Part shown: positions 23,341 to 32,589 of the stretch, in pieces
How the letters are laid out: the number at the start of each line of letters is the position of its first letter
Numbering within the stretch: position 1 is the stretch's first letter
From: Patescibacteria group bacterium
GTDB taxonomy: Bacteria; Patescibacteriota; Patescibacteriia; Patescibacteriales; WJLG01
Assembly (NCBI GenBank): GCA_028707065.1
Contig: JAQTUZ010000002.1
Span: forward strand, 6,513-70,512
Direction of reading: 5' to 3'
Length of the DNA stretch: 64,000 nt
The notes under the pieces: generated by a model
What the model was told of the DNA's origin: nothing
Seen by the model: the letters and a program-made list of their open reading frames with translations, nothing else
The model's database searches: none
Position numbers and translations under genes: made by a program

Positions 23341-26184
23341 ATGGGAGAAAGAAAGATGAAAAATAAAAAATTTCATTTCTTGAATGCCAAGACAGTTTTT
23401 TTTGTTGTCTTGTTTTTGCTGGTCGGCTTATTTTTTGCCAATCATTTTGTTTTCGCCCAACCCGTACCTGCCCAACAGACCGCGGGCATTCCTGCGGTTA
23501 CGGGTGGCACCACTTTAACGGGAGGTACCGGCAGCACGGCTGCTACCGGTAGCGGCGGCGGCAGCGGTATTTCCGACTGGATCGCCAATACCCTTTCTTT
23601 CATCGTCGGCGGCCTGATCAGCACTGTGGGGGTTCTGCTCATGATATTAATGAAAGGAGTGATTTTCGTGGCCCAGTATAATGATTTTACCAGCTCGGCT
23701 CCGGTTACCAACGGCTGGGTGATCGTGCGCGATCTCTGCAATATGTTTTTTATTCTGATCCTCTTGCTCATCGCTTTTGCCACGATCTTGCGCGTCGAAG
23801 GATATGATATCAAGAAAATGGTGCCTAAGCTGATCATCATGGCAGTCCTTATTAATTTTTCCAAAACCATCTGCGGCCTGATCATTGATTTCGCCCAGGT
23901 CATCATGAACGCTTTTCTTAGTCCGATCGCGGTGATCGGCCCCGCGAATATCACCAGCATGCTCGGTTTGCAAGATTTGATGAAGTTTTCTCCCGGTACC
24001 ACCACAGCCGCGGATAGTTGGAAAATTTTTGGCGCCTATGTTTTCGCTTTAGCTTATGTCTTGATCGCCTCCGTGGTCTTGCTGGTTATTTTCGCTGTCT
24101 TGATCGTCAGGGTCATTATGCTTTGGATTTACATCGTGCTTTCACCATTGTCTTATTTGTTAGCGACTTTTCCTCAAGGGCAAAAATACGTTTCGCAATG
24201 GTGGGATGAATTCACCAAAAATGTCATTGTCGGCCCGGTCTTGGCTTTTTTTCTCTGGCTGTCTTTTATTTCTCTGGGCAATTCAACTCCGGGAACCACT
24301 ATTTTGGGAAATAACGCGCCAAGCGGTGATTTAGTCAAAATAACCGATTCAATGCCCAAGGAGTTAACCAGCGCGATGACTCTTGACGCGCTGATCAAAT
24401 TCGCCATTGCTATCGGGATGCTCGTCGGCGGCCTGATCGTCACCCAGCAGATGGGCGGCTATATGGGCAAGATCGCCGGCCAGGGCATGGCCAAGATCCA
24501 AGGCGGCGCCAAACTCTTGGCCAAGGGCGCGCGGAAAGCCGTGACTGCTCCCGTGAAATATGCGGGTGGTTTAGGTATTGACGCGCTCCAACATAAAGGC
24601 ATCGTTGATTTGAATATTCCCCGGGCTTGGAAAGGATTTCAGGAGAGAAGACAGGAAAGGAAAGCATCGCTGTATAACCTGGGCCAAAAGCAGGCCGCGG
24701 AACGTTTACAAAAGACCGGTATTGTTGGCGGCGCCTTGGCTTTGACCGCCATGCCGCGCGATGCCTATAATCAACTTAACAGCAGGGAGGGATTAGTGGA
24801 AAGACTGCGGGGAGGCAAGAGAACGGCGGAGTTAAGAACTGAAAAAGGGAAACAGCTTGCCGCAGAGGAGAAGAAATTAACCGTCGCTCAACGTTTAAAA
24901 GAGATTGATGATCGGTCAATTCCCGCGGTGATGGCAGAGCAGGACGACAAGGCAAGAATTCAGGCGCAAATGGCGGGATTGGATCACGACCAGCGCAAGA
25001 ACGGTATTACTAGCGAGAAAGATGAAATTACTGCCGCTAAAAATAGAATAGCAACGCTTCAAGAGGGTCCGGCCAAAGATCAGGCTGAAGCAGAAGTGCG
25101 CGAAAAAGAGAAGAGGCTGGATTGGATGAAGCAAGTTGACGCAGATATCGGCGATGAAAAAGGCGAGAAAGCCGATCCGGAAGCGATTGCGGATAAAAAA
25201 GCGGCTTATACTGCTGCTGCAGACCCGGTCGCGAGGGCGGAGCAAAGGCAAAAAGAAGCGGCCAAGAGACAAGAACTGGCAAAGGAATTAAGTTCTGCCG
25301 ATTTGGCGACTTATGAAAAAGAAAAATCAACTGAGCCTTTTGAACAAAGGGTGAGAGCGGCGAGGGCAAAGCAAGGCGCTTATGCGCCTTTCTACAATGC
25401 CGAAGCCAGAAACGCCGGGCAGCAAGCTGAAGCGGTGGAGGGGGCAAAGACTAAAGATATTCTGGATTCCGACGAAAAATTAAGAATGTTAATTTCCGCG
25501 ATTAAAAATAAAAACCAGCCGGCGGTTAGGGCGATTTTCAAGCAAATGGCGATGAATGGCGATGATAATGAAGCTCTGCAGCCTTTGGTGGGGGATACTT
25601 CCGCTTTCGGCATCCAAAAGCTGATGAGAGCTTTATCCGGTACTTGCACTAAGGAAGAATTGGCGGAAAACCCCGATTTAGCCAATCTTAACGCCGGCTT
25701 CTCCGAGCAGGACTCTATGGCTTTGGGTTCTGAAATCGGCATGATTAACAAACAGACTAATCATTGGAACGCTACGGCGCCTTATAAGATGCGAGGCGGC
25801 GTTTGGGAGAAAAGCACGGAAAAAGATATGTCGGATTTCCGCAGCGCGGAAATATCCAAAATGGATCCCCAGGTGATCGCCAGAGCTTTTAACCGGTTGG
25901 CTTACGGCCGTGAAAATAACAAGAGAGAATTTAAGTTGGATGCTGCCGGCGTGATCAGTTTGAGGCTATTGGATAACGAGAACGGCATTAAGCAGATTGA
26001 CGGAAGAATGACGCAAAATACGGCGACGAAGTTGACTCAGGGTGATTCAGGCAAGAAGCTGATTGAATTGGCTAAAAATGGAATTTTATCCCAGCAGATT
26101 GTCGATATGCTTTTTAAGCGGGCGAGAACTACGGCTAAAAATCCAGCAGCCGATTTGGATGAGATACATAAGGTTTTGGGGTAA
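23341..26184 (+). CDS. VirB6/TrbL-like polytopic T4SS membrane protein with long hydrophilic coiled-coil C-terminal domain
   Basis: ORF track start is TTG 23317; ATG candidates at 23341 and 23356. Signal/TM, a Gly/Thr-rich stretch, then at least 6 hydrophobic helices (..LISTVGVLLMILM.., ..MFFILILLLIAFATIL.., ..IIMAVLINFSKTICGLIIDFAQVIMNAFL..) as in TrbL/VirB6. About 550 aa of charged, K/E/A-rich tail. Confidence 0.6.
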   Translation: MGERKMKNKKFHFLNAKTVFFVVLFLLVGLFFANHFVFAQPVPAQQTAGIPAVTGGTTLTGGTGSTAATGSGGGSGISDWIANTLSFIVGGLISTVGVLLMILMKGVIFVAQYNDFTSSAPVTNGWVIVRDLCNMFFILILLLIAFATILRVEGYDIKKMVPKLIIMAVLINFSKTICGLIIDFAQVIMNAFLSPIAVIGPANITSMLGLQDLMKFSPGTTTAADSWKIFGAYVFALAYVLIASVVLLVIFAVLIVRVIMLWIYIVLSPLSYLLATFPQGQKYVSQWWDEFTKNVIVGPVLAFFLWLSFISLGNSTPGTTILGNNAPSGDLVKITDSMPKELTSAMTLDALIKFAIAIGMLVGGLIVTQQMGGYMGKIAGQGMAKIQGGAKLLAKGARKAVTAPVKYAGGLGIDALQHKGIVDLNIPRAWKGFQERRQERKASLYNLGQKQAAERLQKTGIVGGALALTAMPRDAYNQLNSREGLVERLRGGKRTAELRTEKGKQLAAEEKKLTVAQRLKEIDDRSIPAVMAEQDDKARIQAQMAGLDHDQRKNGITSEKDEITAAKNRIATLQEGPAKDQAEAEVREKEKRLDWMKQVDADIGDEKGEKADPEAIADKKAAYTAAADPVARAEQRQKEAAKRQELAKELSSADLATYEKEKSTEPFEQRVRAARAKQGAYAPFYNAEARNAGQQAEAVEGAKTKDILDSDEKLRMLISAIKNKNQPAVRAIFKQMAMNGDDNEALQPLVGDTSAFGIQKLMRALSGTCTKEELAENPDLANLNAGFSEQDSMALGSEIGMINKQTNHWNATAPYKMRGGVWEKSTEKDMSDFRSAEISKMDPQVIARAFNRLAYGRENNKREFKLDAAGVISLRLLDNENGIKQIDGRMTQNTATKLTQGDSGKKLIELAKNGILSQQIVDMLFKRARTTAKNPAADLDEIHKVLG

Positions 26185-26207
26185 TATTAAATTTTTGAGC
26201 TTGAATT

Positions 26208-27155
26208 ATGGCGATAAATTCTTTGCCGACAAATAAAACCAGCTATCAAGACCCGTCGTTTTTAACCAAGGTTGAGGATTTTTTAAATTCTGCCGCGGCC
26301 GAGGATGATTCTAAGCGGGCCCTGGTTTTAAGCCGGATTATTGCGGAATTTTTGACGCGGAAAAAAAGTGAGTTAGAACGCAATCCTGACATTTACGATT
26401 TTTACCGGAAGGCCTTGGTAAAAGCGCAATTCATCGCTTTGCCGCTTTTGGACAATAATGTTGTTATTGATCTCCTTAAAAATCATTTTGTCAGCCAGTT
26501 CGAGATTGATCTGTATAATCTCGCGGATAAATTTAGGACTAAATTGATTGGTATTCCAGTCTATGAAGACCGCGACGCTTTGCGGAGAGAAGTCGGCAAA
26601 ATTATTTTAGCCAGCGGGCAACTTTTGACCGGCGGGGCAACGCCGCCGCGCACGGTCGGCGAATGGATCAAGGATTACAGCGCCAAATTAGGCGTCGGCC
26701 GCGTGGACAGCTTGAAAAGAACCCAATATTTTCTTGATCTGGGCCGGGAGAAAAAGTTAAACGAGAAAGACCAGGGAAAATTAAAAATATTGTTTGATCT
26801 TTATGAGGAAACCAAATTATCCTCCTTGGATCCTTTTGGCTATGATTATGACGTTCCCGTGATAGTCCAAAATCAATATTTTAGCTACAAAAGAGGCTTG
26901 CTGGAAAAATTGGGAGGAAATGAAAATGAATTGGCGAAGATCAATGAGTTATTAAAAACCGGTACGTTGACCGCGGCAGTAGCCGGAGAAAAACCGGCAA
27001 CTGTCCCGGGCGCGCCGAGCCGGCCGCCGGATGCCGCCGCCGACAAGCGGATCGCCGACTTAAAACAAACCGCGGCCCGATATCGTCCCGGCAGCCTGGA
27101 AAGAAAAGCGGTGGAAGCGGAAATACGGAAATTAGAAGTTAGAAGTAAGAAGTAA
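26208..27155 (+). CDS. hypothetical protein of the T4SS-like block
   Basis: 315 aa, no motif recognised. The last codons (..LEVRSKK) are encoded by the left inverted repeat of the downstream cassette. Confidence 0.55.
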   Translation: MAINSLPTNKTSYQDPSFLTKVEDFLNSAAAEDDSKRALVLSRIIAEFLTRKKSELERNPDIYDFYRKALVKAQFIALPLLDNNVVIDLLKNHFVSQFEIDLYNLADKFRTKLIGIPVYEDRDALRREVGKIILASGQLLTGGATPPRTVGEWIKDYSAKLGVGRVDSLKRTQYFLDLGREKKLNEKDQGKLKILFDLYEETKLSSLDPFGYDYDVPVIVQNQYFSYKRGLLEKLGGNENELAKINELLKTGTLTAAVAGEKPATVPGAPSRPPDAAADKRIADLKQTAARYRPGSLERKAVEAEIRKLEVRSKK

Positions 27156-27160
27156 GAAAT
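27134..27160. repeat. left 27-bp inverted repeat flanking the four-helix-bundle gene
   Basis: agaagttagaagtaagaagtaagaaat is the exact reverse complement of 27553-27579. Confidence 0.95.
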
Positions 27161-27178
27161 ATTAAACAGTTATTTAAT

Positions 27179-27553
27179 ATGAGGGAGGGAAGTTATCAAG
27201 ATATTGATCAGCGGACGTTTAATTTTGCCAATAGAGTTATAAAGATGGTTCCTCAATTGCCTAATAATGTGGCAACTTGGAAAATTGGCGCCCAGGTAAT
27301 TGATTCGGCCACGTCGGTTAATTCTAATATTGTTCAAGCTCGCGGAGGATTATCAAAAAAGGATTTTACCCACCACTTAAGGATCTCTTTAAAAGAAGCG
27401 CGGGAAACAAAGAGATGGCTGGAAATGATCGTTGCTGTCGGCTTGACCGATATTCAGAGAATGCAGCCTTTGTTGAATGAAAACGAGGAAATAATTTGCA
27501 TATTAGTAACAATGATAATAAATTCTCAAGATGAAGATTTGAACAAGAAGTAA
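27179..27553 (+). CDS. four-helix-bundle protein (23S rRNA intervening-sequence protein family)
   Basis: 124 aa. FNFANRVIKMVPQLP..IGAQVIDSATSVNSNIVQARGGLSKKDFTHHLRISLKEARETKRWLEMI matches the family pattern (F.F...V...LP....Q..RS..SI..NI.EG.GR.S.KDF..FL.IA.GS..E...WL). Confidence 0.8.
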   Translation: MREGSYQDIDQRTFNFANRVIKMVPQLPNNVATWKIGAQVIDSATSVNSNIVQARGGLSKKDFTHHLRISLKEARETKRWLEMIVAVGLTDIQRMQPLLNENEEIICILVTMIINSQDEDLNKK

Positions 27554-27579
27554 TTTCTTACTTCTTACTTCTAACTTCT
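27553..27579. repeat. right 27-bp inverted repeat flanking the four-helix-bundle gene
   Basis: atttcttacttcttacttctaacttct, a perfect complement of 27134-27160. Begins at the last base of the stop codon. Confidence 0.95.
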
Positions 27580-27589
27580 TACTTCAACT

Positions 27590-29161
27590 GTGTTGGAATA
27601 TTTAGAAAAATTTAATAATTTGCCCTCCGAGGTTAAGCAGAAAATTTCTTCCGGCGCGGTAATGGCCGCAATCGAAGAGTTGGAGGGCGAATATGGCCTG
27701 GAACTGGCCGGCTTTGTCATCAGAGTCATGGTGGGCGAATTGTATTATAAAAATCTTACCGCTAATCTGATCATTGAATATGATTTAGAACCGGAGGTGG
27801 CCGAAAAGTTGGCTCAGGATTTGCAGAATAAGATTTTTGATTCAGTGACGGACTATTTAAGCGGAGCAAGGCCGGCGATGAGTCTCAAACAGCCGGAAGC
27901 CGGTTCGCCATTTTTTGGCAATCAAGCCCCGTTAAAATCGCCCTTGCCCCGGGTAGCGGCACCGGCTGGGAGCAACCCGGCTGTTGCCAAGCCGATCGCT
28001 CCGATAGTGCGGCGCGCGCCGATAAATCCGGCGGCCGCGGCCAATTACTTGGAAGAAGATCAGGCGGATATCACCGCGGCGGGAAAAATAACCACGGCGA
28101 TGAAAACGATGCCGCAGGAAAAATTCAGCGCGCTATTGGCGGGAATAATCGCGGAAGCGAAAATCAGTTTTGCCAGCGAAACTTTGTCCAAAAGATTCCA
28201 GGAAATTTTGCTTTCTTATTTGCGCGGCGTGCGGACTAAAGTCGGGGTTAAAGAAAATTTATTGAAAGATTTTGCCTCGGGCGGCGTGAAAATGTCCGAG
28301 TCCGAAGCGGACCGGATCTTGAATATCGCGCAAAAAAAATTGGCCGGCGATGAAGAAAAATTTTCTCCCAGCCCCGGCAAAGTCACGGCCAAAAGTAACG
28401 CGGGCGGCACCAATTTTATTTTTAACGAGGAAGAGATCAAACAGGCTCTTGCCCAGCGAAACGGGATGATGAAAAGCAAGACGCTTGATTTGGGGGTGTC
28501 TGGCGCTCGCGATGTCGGTTATGATCTATCGGCTTTGAAAAATTCCTCCTCCGCCAAGGCTTCCGCCTACGCTAAGGCTTCGGCGGACAAGACGGAGGAC
28601 AAGACGGAGGACAAGTCGGAGGGCAAGCCGGCCGCGGCTCAAGCCCCGGTGAAAAATATTCCGCCCAGCGTTCCTGAAACTACAGAAATCATACTCAAGC
28701 CGCTCGCGGCAATTCCGGCTAGTCCGGCAAAGGTTGAAACCCCGGCGCCGGAAAAAATATCAGGTAACGAACCGAAGCGAACGGCGGCCGTGGTGGGAAA
28801 TAAAAAAAGAATGGAAGATATCAAGCCTTCGCCGCGCGTCATGAGCCCGATTGACGAATTGGCTTATATGGATTTGGTTAATTTTCGCCGGCTTGATATT
28901 GCGCCGGCCAATCGGGTGGCCAAGATCGAAGCCAAGATCGCCCTTTTGGAAAAAGAAGGGATTGATAAAAAGATCGAGGGCATCCGGGTCTGGCGGCTCA
29001 ATCCGGTCAATAAAACTTATTTGGCGATGGGGCAGGAAAGCATCGGTTCAGGCAAAACCATTACTGATATAATCAAAGAGCGCAAAGACCAGGGATTGAA
29101 CTACCTTTCCCAGGAAGAATTCGAAGCGGTGATGGATTTAAATAACAATCTTAGGTTTTAG
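27590..29161 (+). CDS. hypothetical protein of the T4SS-like block (low-complexity centre)
   Basis: 523 aa, GTG start. Central Ala/Pro/Lys-rich region with KASAYAKASADKTEDKTEDKSEGK repeats. Structured N- and C-terminal parts, no motif recognised. Confidence 0.5.
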   Translation: MLEYLEKFNNLPSEVKQKISSGAVMAAIEELEGEYGLELAGFVIRVMVGELYYKNLTANLIIEYDLEPEVAEKLAQDLQNKIFDSVTDYLSGARPAMSLKQPEAGSPFFGNQAPLKSPLPRVAAPAGSNPAVAKPIAPIVRRAPINPAAAANYLEEDQADITAAGKITTAMKTMPQEKFSALLAGIIAEAKISFASETLSKRFQEILLSYLRGVRTKVGVKENLLKDFASGGVKMSESEADRILNIAQKKLAGDEEKFSPSPGKVTAKSNAGGTNFIFNEEEIKQALAQRNGMMKSKTLDLGVSGARDVGYDLSALKNSSSAKASAYAKASADKTEDKTEDKSEGKPAAAQAPVKNIPPSVPETTEIILKPLAAIPASPAKVETPAPEKISGNEPKRTAAVVGNKKRMEDIKPSPRVMSPIDELAYMDLVNFRRLDIAPANRVAKIEAKIALLEKEGIDKKIEGIRVWRLNPVNKTYLAMGQESIGSGKTITDIIKERKDQGLNYLSQEEFEAVMDLNNNLRF

Positions 29162-29206
29162 TAAAAAATAATTTCGAAAAGCAGAACATTAACCCATTTT
29201 AAATTA

Positions 29207-29290
29207 CGGAAATTTGATATTAGAAATTGGAAATTTGTCGCTTCGGTAGTGACCATGAAACCAATTTCCAATTTCCAATTTCCAATTTCG
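29207..29290. repeat. GGAAATT/CCAATTT heptamer inverted repeat
   Basis: Left arm cggaaatttgatattagaaattggaaatttg. Right arm ccaatttccaatttccaatttccaatttcg. Confidence 0.85.
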
Positions 29291-29299
29291 TCCGTGCAG

Positions 29300-29746
29300 A
29301 TGTTCACTGTTCCTCAATTCATCGATGTTGAGGATAAAATTATCGGGCCGATCACTACCAGGCAATTCATCATTTGTCTGGTGGGTTTGGGCGTTTTGGT
29401 TCCGGCTTGGCGATTGTTGGATCTTGTCTGGTTTATTTTGGTGGGCTTGCTTGATTTCGTGATCGTCGGCGCTTTCGCTTTTGCCAAGATCAACGGCCGA
29501 CCTTTTCATTATTTTGTTTTGAATGTCATTCAGACCATGAAAAAACCGAATTTGCGCATTTGGAATCATCATAATCCGCTGAAGGATCTGCTTTCGGCCG
29601 AAGAAATAGCCGCCGAGGAAGTGCGGACAGTGACCAAGCCAACGGCAACCCGCGAACGCCTGGTCAGCTCCCATCTTAAGGAATTATCTTTGATTGTTGA
29701 TACCAAGGGAGTTTACAAGGGTGAAGAAGGGGAGGAGATTGTTTAG
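29300..29746 (+). CDS. PrgI-family / VirB3-like small T4SS membrane protein
   Basis: ORF track start 29249 lies in the heptamer repeat; I prefer the in-frame ATG 29300. MFTVPQFIDVEDKIIGPITTRQFIICLVGLGVLVPAW..INGRPFHYFVLNVIQTMKKPNLRIW follows the PrgI pattern (..K..G.LT.RQ, two TM helices, ..dG.P........p..R.W). Confidence 0.65.
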   Translation: MFTVPQFIDVEDKIIGPITTRQFIICLVGLGVLVPAWRLLDLVWFILVGLLDFVIVGAFAFAKINGRPFHYFVLNVIQTMKKPNLRIWNHHNPLKDLLSAEEIAAEEVRTVTKPTATRERLVSSHLKELSLIVDTKGVYKGEEGEEIV

Positions 29747-29817
29747 AAGAACATAGAGCATAGAACAGAGAGCAGGCACGTGGAAATGTTCTTTGTTCTA
29801 TGTTCTATGCTCTTGCT
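29746..29817. repeat. family E (CATAGAAC-word) hairpin
   Basis: agaagaacatagagcatagaacagagagca / tgttctttgttctatgttctatgctcttgct. Confidence 0.85.
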
Positions 29818-29866
29818 TGAATCAGCCGAACAGTTTGTTAAAAATAAAACACCAATTAATTATTGT

Positions 29867-30547
29867 ATGCCAACAAATCAGCTCGCTAAGGGAAAGATTT
29901 CCATTTCCACCCAGCAGTATTTGGATATTGCCGAGGTTAAGGATGACGTGGTGGTGATGCGCGACGGCACTTTGCGGGCCGTACTTTTGGTTTCCAGCAT
30001 CAATTTCGCTTTGAAAAGCGAAGACGAACAGGAAGCGATCGTTTCCTCTTACGTCGGCTTTTTGAATAATATCAATTTTCCGGTGCAGATCGTCATCCAG
30101 TCGCGCCGGCTGAATATCGAAGGCTATTTGGCTGAATTGAAGCAAAAAGAAAAAGAGCAATTGAACGAACTGCTGAAGATCCAAACGCATGAATACATCC
30201 AATATATCCAGGAATTGGTGTCCTTGGGAGATATTATGAGCAAGAGTTTTTACGTGGTGGTGCCGTACAATCCTTTATCCGACAAGCACAAAGGATTTTT
30301 TTCCTCGATCAACGAAGTTTTGAAACCGGCGACCTTGGTGCGGATGAAAGGAAAAAGATTTGATCGCTACAAAAAAGAATTGGACCGCCGTTTGGAATCG
30401 ATCGCCTCGGGTCTTGCTTCGGCCGGCCTGAAAACCGTGCAGCTGGATACGCAAGGTTTGATCGAATTGTATTATAATACTTACAATCCGGTAACTTCGG
30501 AAAACGAAAAATTGACCGAGATGAAGAATCTGCAGATAACCGAATAA
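29867..30547 (+). CDS. T4SS protein resembling the detached N-terminal domain of VirB4/TrsE/PrgJ-type ATPases
   Basis: ORF track start GTG 29780 lies in the hairpin; I prefer ATG 29867. YLDIAEVKDDVVVMRDGTLRAVLLVSSINFALKSEDEQEAIVSSYVGFLNNINFPVQIVIQSRRLNIEGYL follows the pattern I recall for the N-terminal region of Gram-positive VirB4 homologues. Confidence 0.5.
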   Translation: MPTNQLAKGKISISTQQYLDIAEVKDDVVVMRDGTLRAVLLVSSINFALKSEDEQEAIVSSYVGFLNNINFPVQIVIQSRRLNIEGYLAELKQKEKEQLNELLKIQTHEYIQYIQELVSLGDIMSKSFYVVVPYNPLSDKHKGFFSSINEVLKPATLVRMKGKRFDRYKKELDRRLESIASGLASAGLKTVQLDTQGLIELYYNTYNPVTSENEKLTEMKNLQITE

Positions 30548-30549
30548 TT

Positions 30550-30655
30550 CTCGCAACCCGTAACCCGTAACTCGTAACCCGTTACGCGACGAGATAATAA
30601 TTTAGAAAAATATTCATAAGCACGCGTTACGAGTTGTGAGTTACGCGTTATGAGA
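30550..30655. repeat. CGTAAC-word hairpin (family F)
   Basis: tctcgcaacccgtaacccgtaactcgtaacccgttacgcg / cacgcgttacgagttgtgagttacgcgttatgaga. Confidence 0.85.
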
Positions 30656-30660
30656 ATCAA

Positions 30661-32586
30661 ATGATTGACATAAGAAGATCTAATTTAGAAGAAAAAAAGC
30701 CGCCAACCGAAGAGGAGGTGCTGAACGCGCAGGCCGGCAACGAGAACGTGGCGGTCGTTTCCGAGCTGATCGAGGAGGAAAAAGCTTTCCGCCGCGGAGT
30801 TTTGTCAGTGCTGGATCTGATCGCTCCGGCCGCGATGCAGATGTTTCCCGATCATCTCCGCCTGGGCGATAAATTCGTGCGGACGATTTTTATCATCGGT
30901 TATCCGCGCTACATCAGCGTCGGCTGGTTCGCGCCGGTCATTAATTTGAACGAAGTTTTCGATGTGGCGATGTTTTTCTATCCGGTCAATACGGCGATCA
31001 TTCTTAAGCAATTAAAGAAAAAAGTAGGTTCGCTCGAAGCGCAGATAATTTCCGACGCGGAAAAAGGCGCGGCCCGCGATCCGCTGCGCGAGACCGCCCT
31101 GAAAGATATCGAATATTTGCGCGACGCGCTGACGCAAGGCATTGAGAAATTTTTCCAGTTTTCTCTTTATGTCACGATTTACGCTGATAATAAAGAAAAT
31201 TTGGATAAGCTGTCCAATCAGGTCGAAGATATTTTCGGTTCCCGCCTGGTCTATTCCAAAAAAGTTTTTTTCCAATCCGAGCAGGGCTTTAATTCCACTA
31301 TTCCGCTTTGCAATGACGAACTGTACATCACTTTTAATATGAATTCTTCGCCGGCCGCTTCTTCTTTCCCTTTTATTTCGAGCGATCTGACCTCTGATCA
31401 CGGAATTCTATACGGCATCAATCGCCATAATAACAGCTTGATCCTCTTTGATCGTTTCAGTTTGCAGAATGCCAACAATGTCGTTTTTGCCACTTCCGGA
31501 GCGGGCAAAAGCTATGCCATCAAGCTGGAAATTCTGCGTTCGCTGATGATGGGCACGGACGTGATCATCATTGATCCGGAATATGAATACAAGCATTTAG
31601 CCGAATCGGTCGGCGGCACCTACATTAATATCTCGCTGGCTTCGGAAGAGAAGATCAATCCGTTTGATCTGCCCCAGTCGATCGGCGGCGAATCCAAGCC
31701 GGCCGATATCATCCGCGGCGCGGTGATCACCGTCAAAGGTTTGGTCAGGCTGATGCTGGGCGATCTCACTCATACCGAGGATTCCATCGTTGACCGGGGA
31801 CTTTTGGAAACTTACGCCAAGAAAGATATCACTCCCGACGCCGATCTGTCGCAAGTCGAGCCGCCGGTGATGGAAGATTTCCAGGAGGTTTTGGAAGGCA
31901 TTGAAGGCGGCGCCGACCTGGCGATGCGTTTGCGCAAATACACCGAGGGAACTTTTGCCGGCATTTTGAACAATCCGACCAACGTCAAATTGGACAATCA
32001 GCTGGTGTGTTTTTCCGTCCGCGATCTGGAAGACGAATTGCGGCCGCTGGCGATCTACACGATCATCAACTACATCTGGAATATTGTCCGCTCGGAATTG
32101 AAGAAAAGAATTTTGGTGATTGACGAGGCCTGGTGGCTGATGCAGAACGATGACAGCGCCAAGTTCATTTACGCTTTGGTCAAGCGCTGCCGCAAATATT
32201 ATCTCGGTGTTACTACCATCACCCAAGACGTCAATGATTTTTTGCGCTCGCCGTACGGGCAGGCGATCGTCACCAATTCTTCTTTGCAGTTGTTATTGAA
32301 GCAGTCGCCGGCGGCAATCGATCTGATCCAGAAAACTTTTGTCTTGACCGAGGGCGAAAAATATTTGCTGTTGGAATCGGGCGTGGGCGAGGGGATTATT
32401 TTCGCCGGCAACAAGCACGCCGCGATCAAGATCGTCGCTTCTTACAGCGAAGATCAATTGATCACTTCCGACCCGCGGCAATTATTGGAGATCGAAGAAG
32501 CCAAAAAAGAATTTGCCGCTTCAATGGGCCAGGAAGCGCAAGGAGAGCCGGCTGCCGCTCCGGCCTTGCCGGATATGGAAATATAA
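30661..32586 (+). CDS. virB4: type IV secretion ATPase VirB4 (TraC/TrsE/PrgJ family), ATPase portion
   Basis: 641 aa. VRTIFIIGYPRYISVGWFAPV (VirB4 middle-domain pattern), Walker A FATSGAGKSYAIK, Walker B RILVIDEAWWLM, and a TTITQDV motif. Confidence 0.9.
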   Translation: MIDIRRSNLEEKKPPTEEEVLNAQAGNENVAVVSELIEEEKAFRRGVLSVLDLIAPAAMQMFPDHLRLGDKFVRTIFIIGYPRYISVGWFAPVINLNEVFDVAMFFYPVNTAIILKQLKKKVGSLEAQIISDAEKGAARDPLRETALKDIEYLRDALTQGIEKFFQFSLYVTIYADNKENLDKLSNQVEDIFGSRLVYSKKVFFQSEQGFNSTIPLCNDELYITFNMNSSPAASSFPFISSDLTSDHGILYGINRHNNSLILFDRFSLQNANNVVFATSGAGKSYAIKLEILRSLMMGTDVIIIDPEYEYKHLAESVGGTYINISLASEEKINPFDLPQSIGGESKPADIIRGAVITVKGLVRLMLGDLTHTEDSIVDRGLLETYAKKDITPDADLSQVEPPVMEDFQEVLEGIEGGADLAMRLRKYTEGTFAGILNNPTNVKLDNQLVCFSVRDLEDELRPLAIYTIINYIWNIVRSELKKRILVIDEAWWLMQNDDSAKFIYALVKRCRKYYLGVTTITQDVNDFLRSPYGQAIVTNSSLQLLLKQSPAAIDLIQKTFVLTEGEKYLLLESGVGEGIIFAGNKHAAIKIVASYSEDQLITSDPRQLLEIEEAKKEFAASMGQEAQGEPAAAPALPDMEI

Positions 32587-32589
32587 TCA

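Noticed and set aside
29249-29866. N-terminal extensions in the ORF track (29249 for the PrgI-like gene, 29780 for the next gene; likewise 37846-37884 of recG, 23317 of the VirB6-like gene, 42412 of the GT gene, 63483-63548 of TerL).
   Set aside because: The extra codons are encoded by intergenic word-repeat hairpins or use TTG/GTG starts. In-frame ATG starts downstream give N-termini that match the family patterns or carry better SD sequences.
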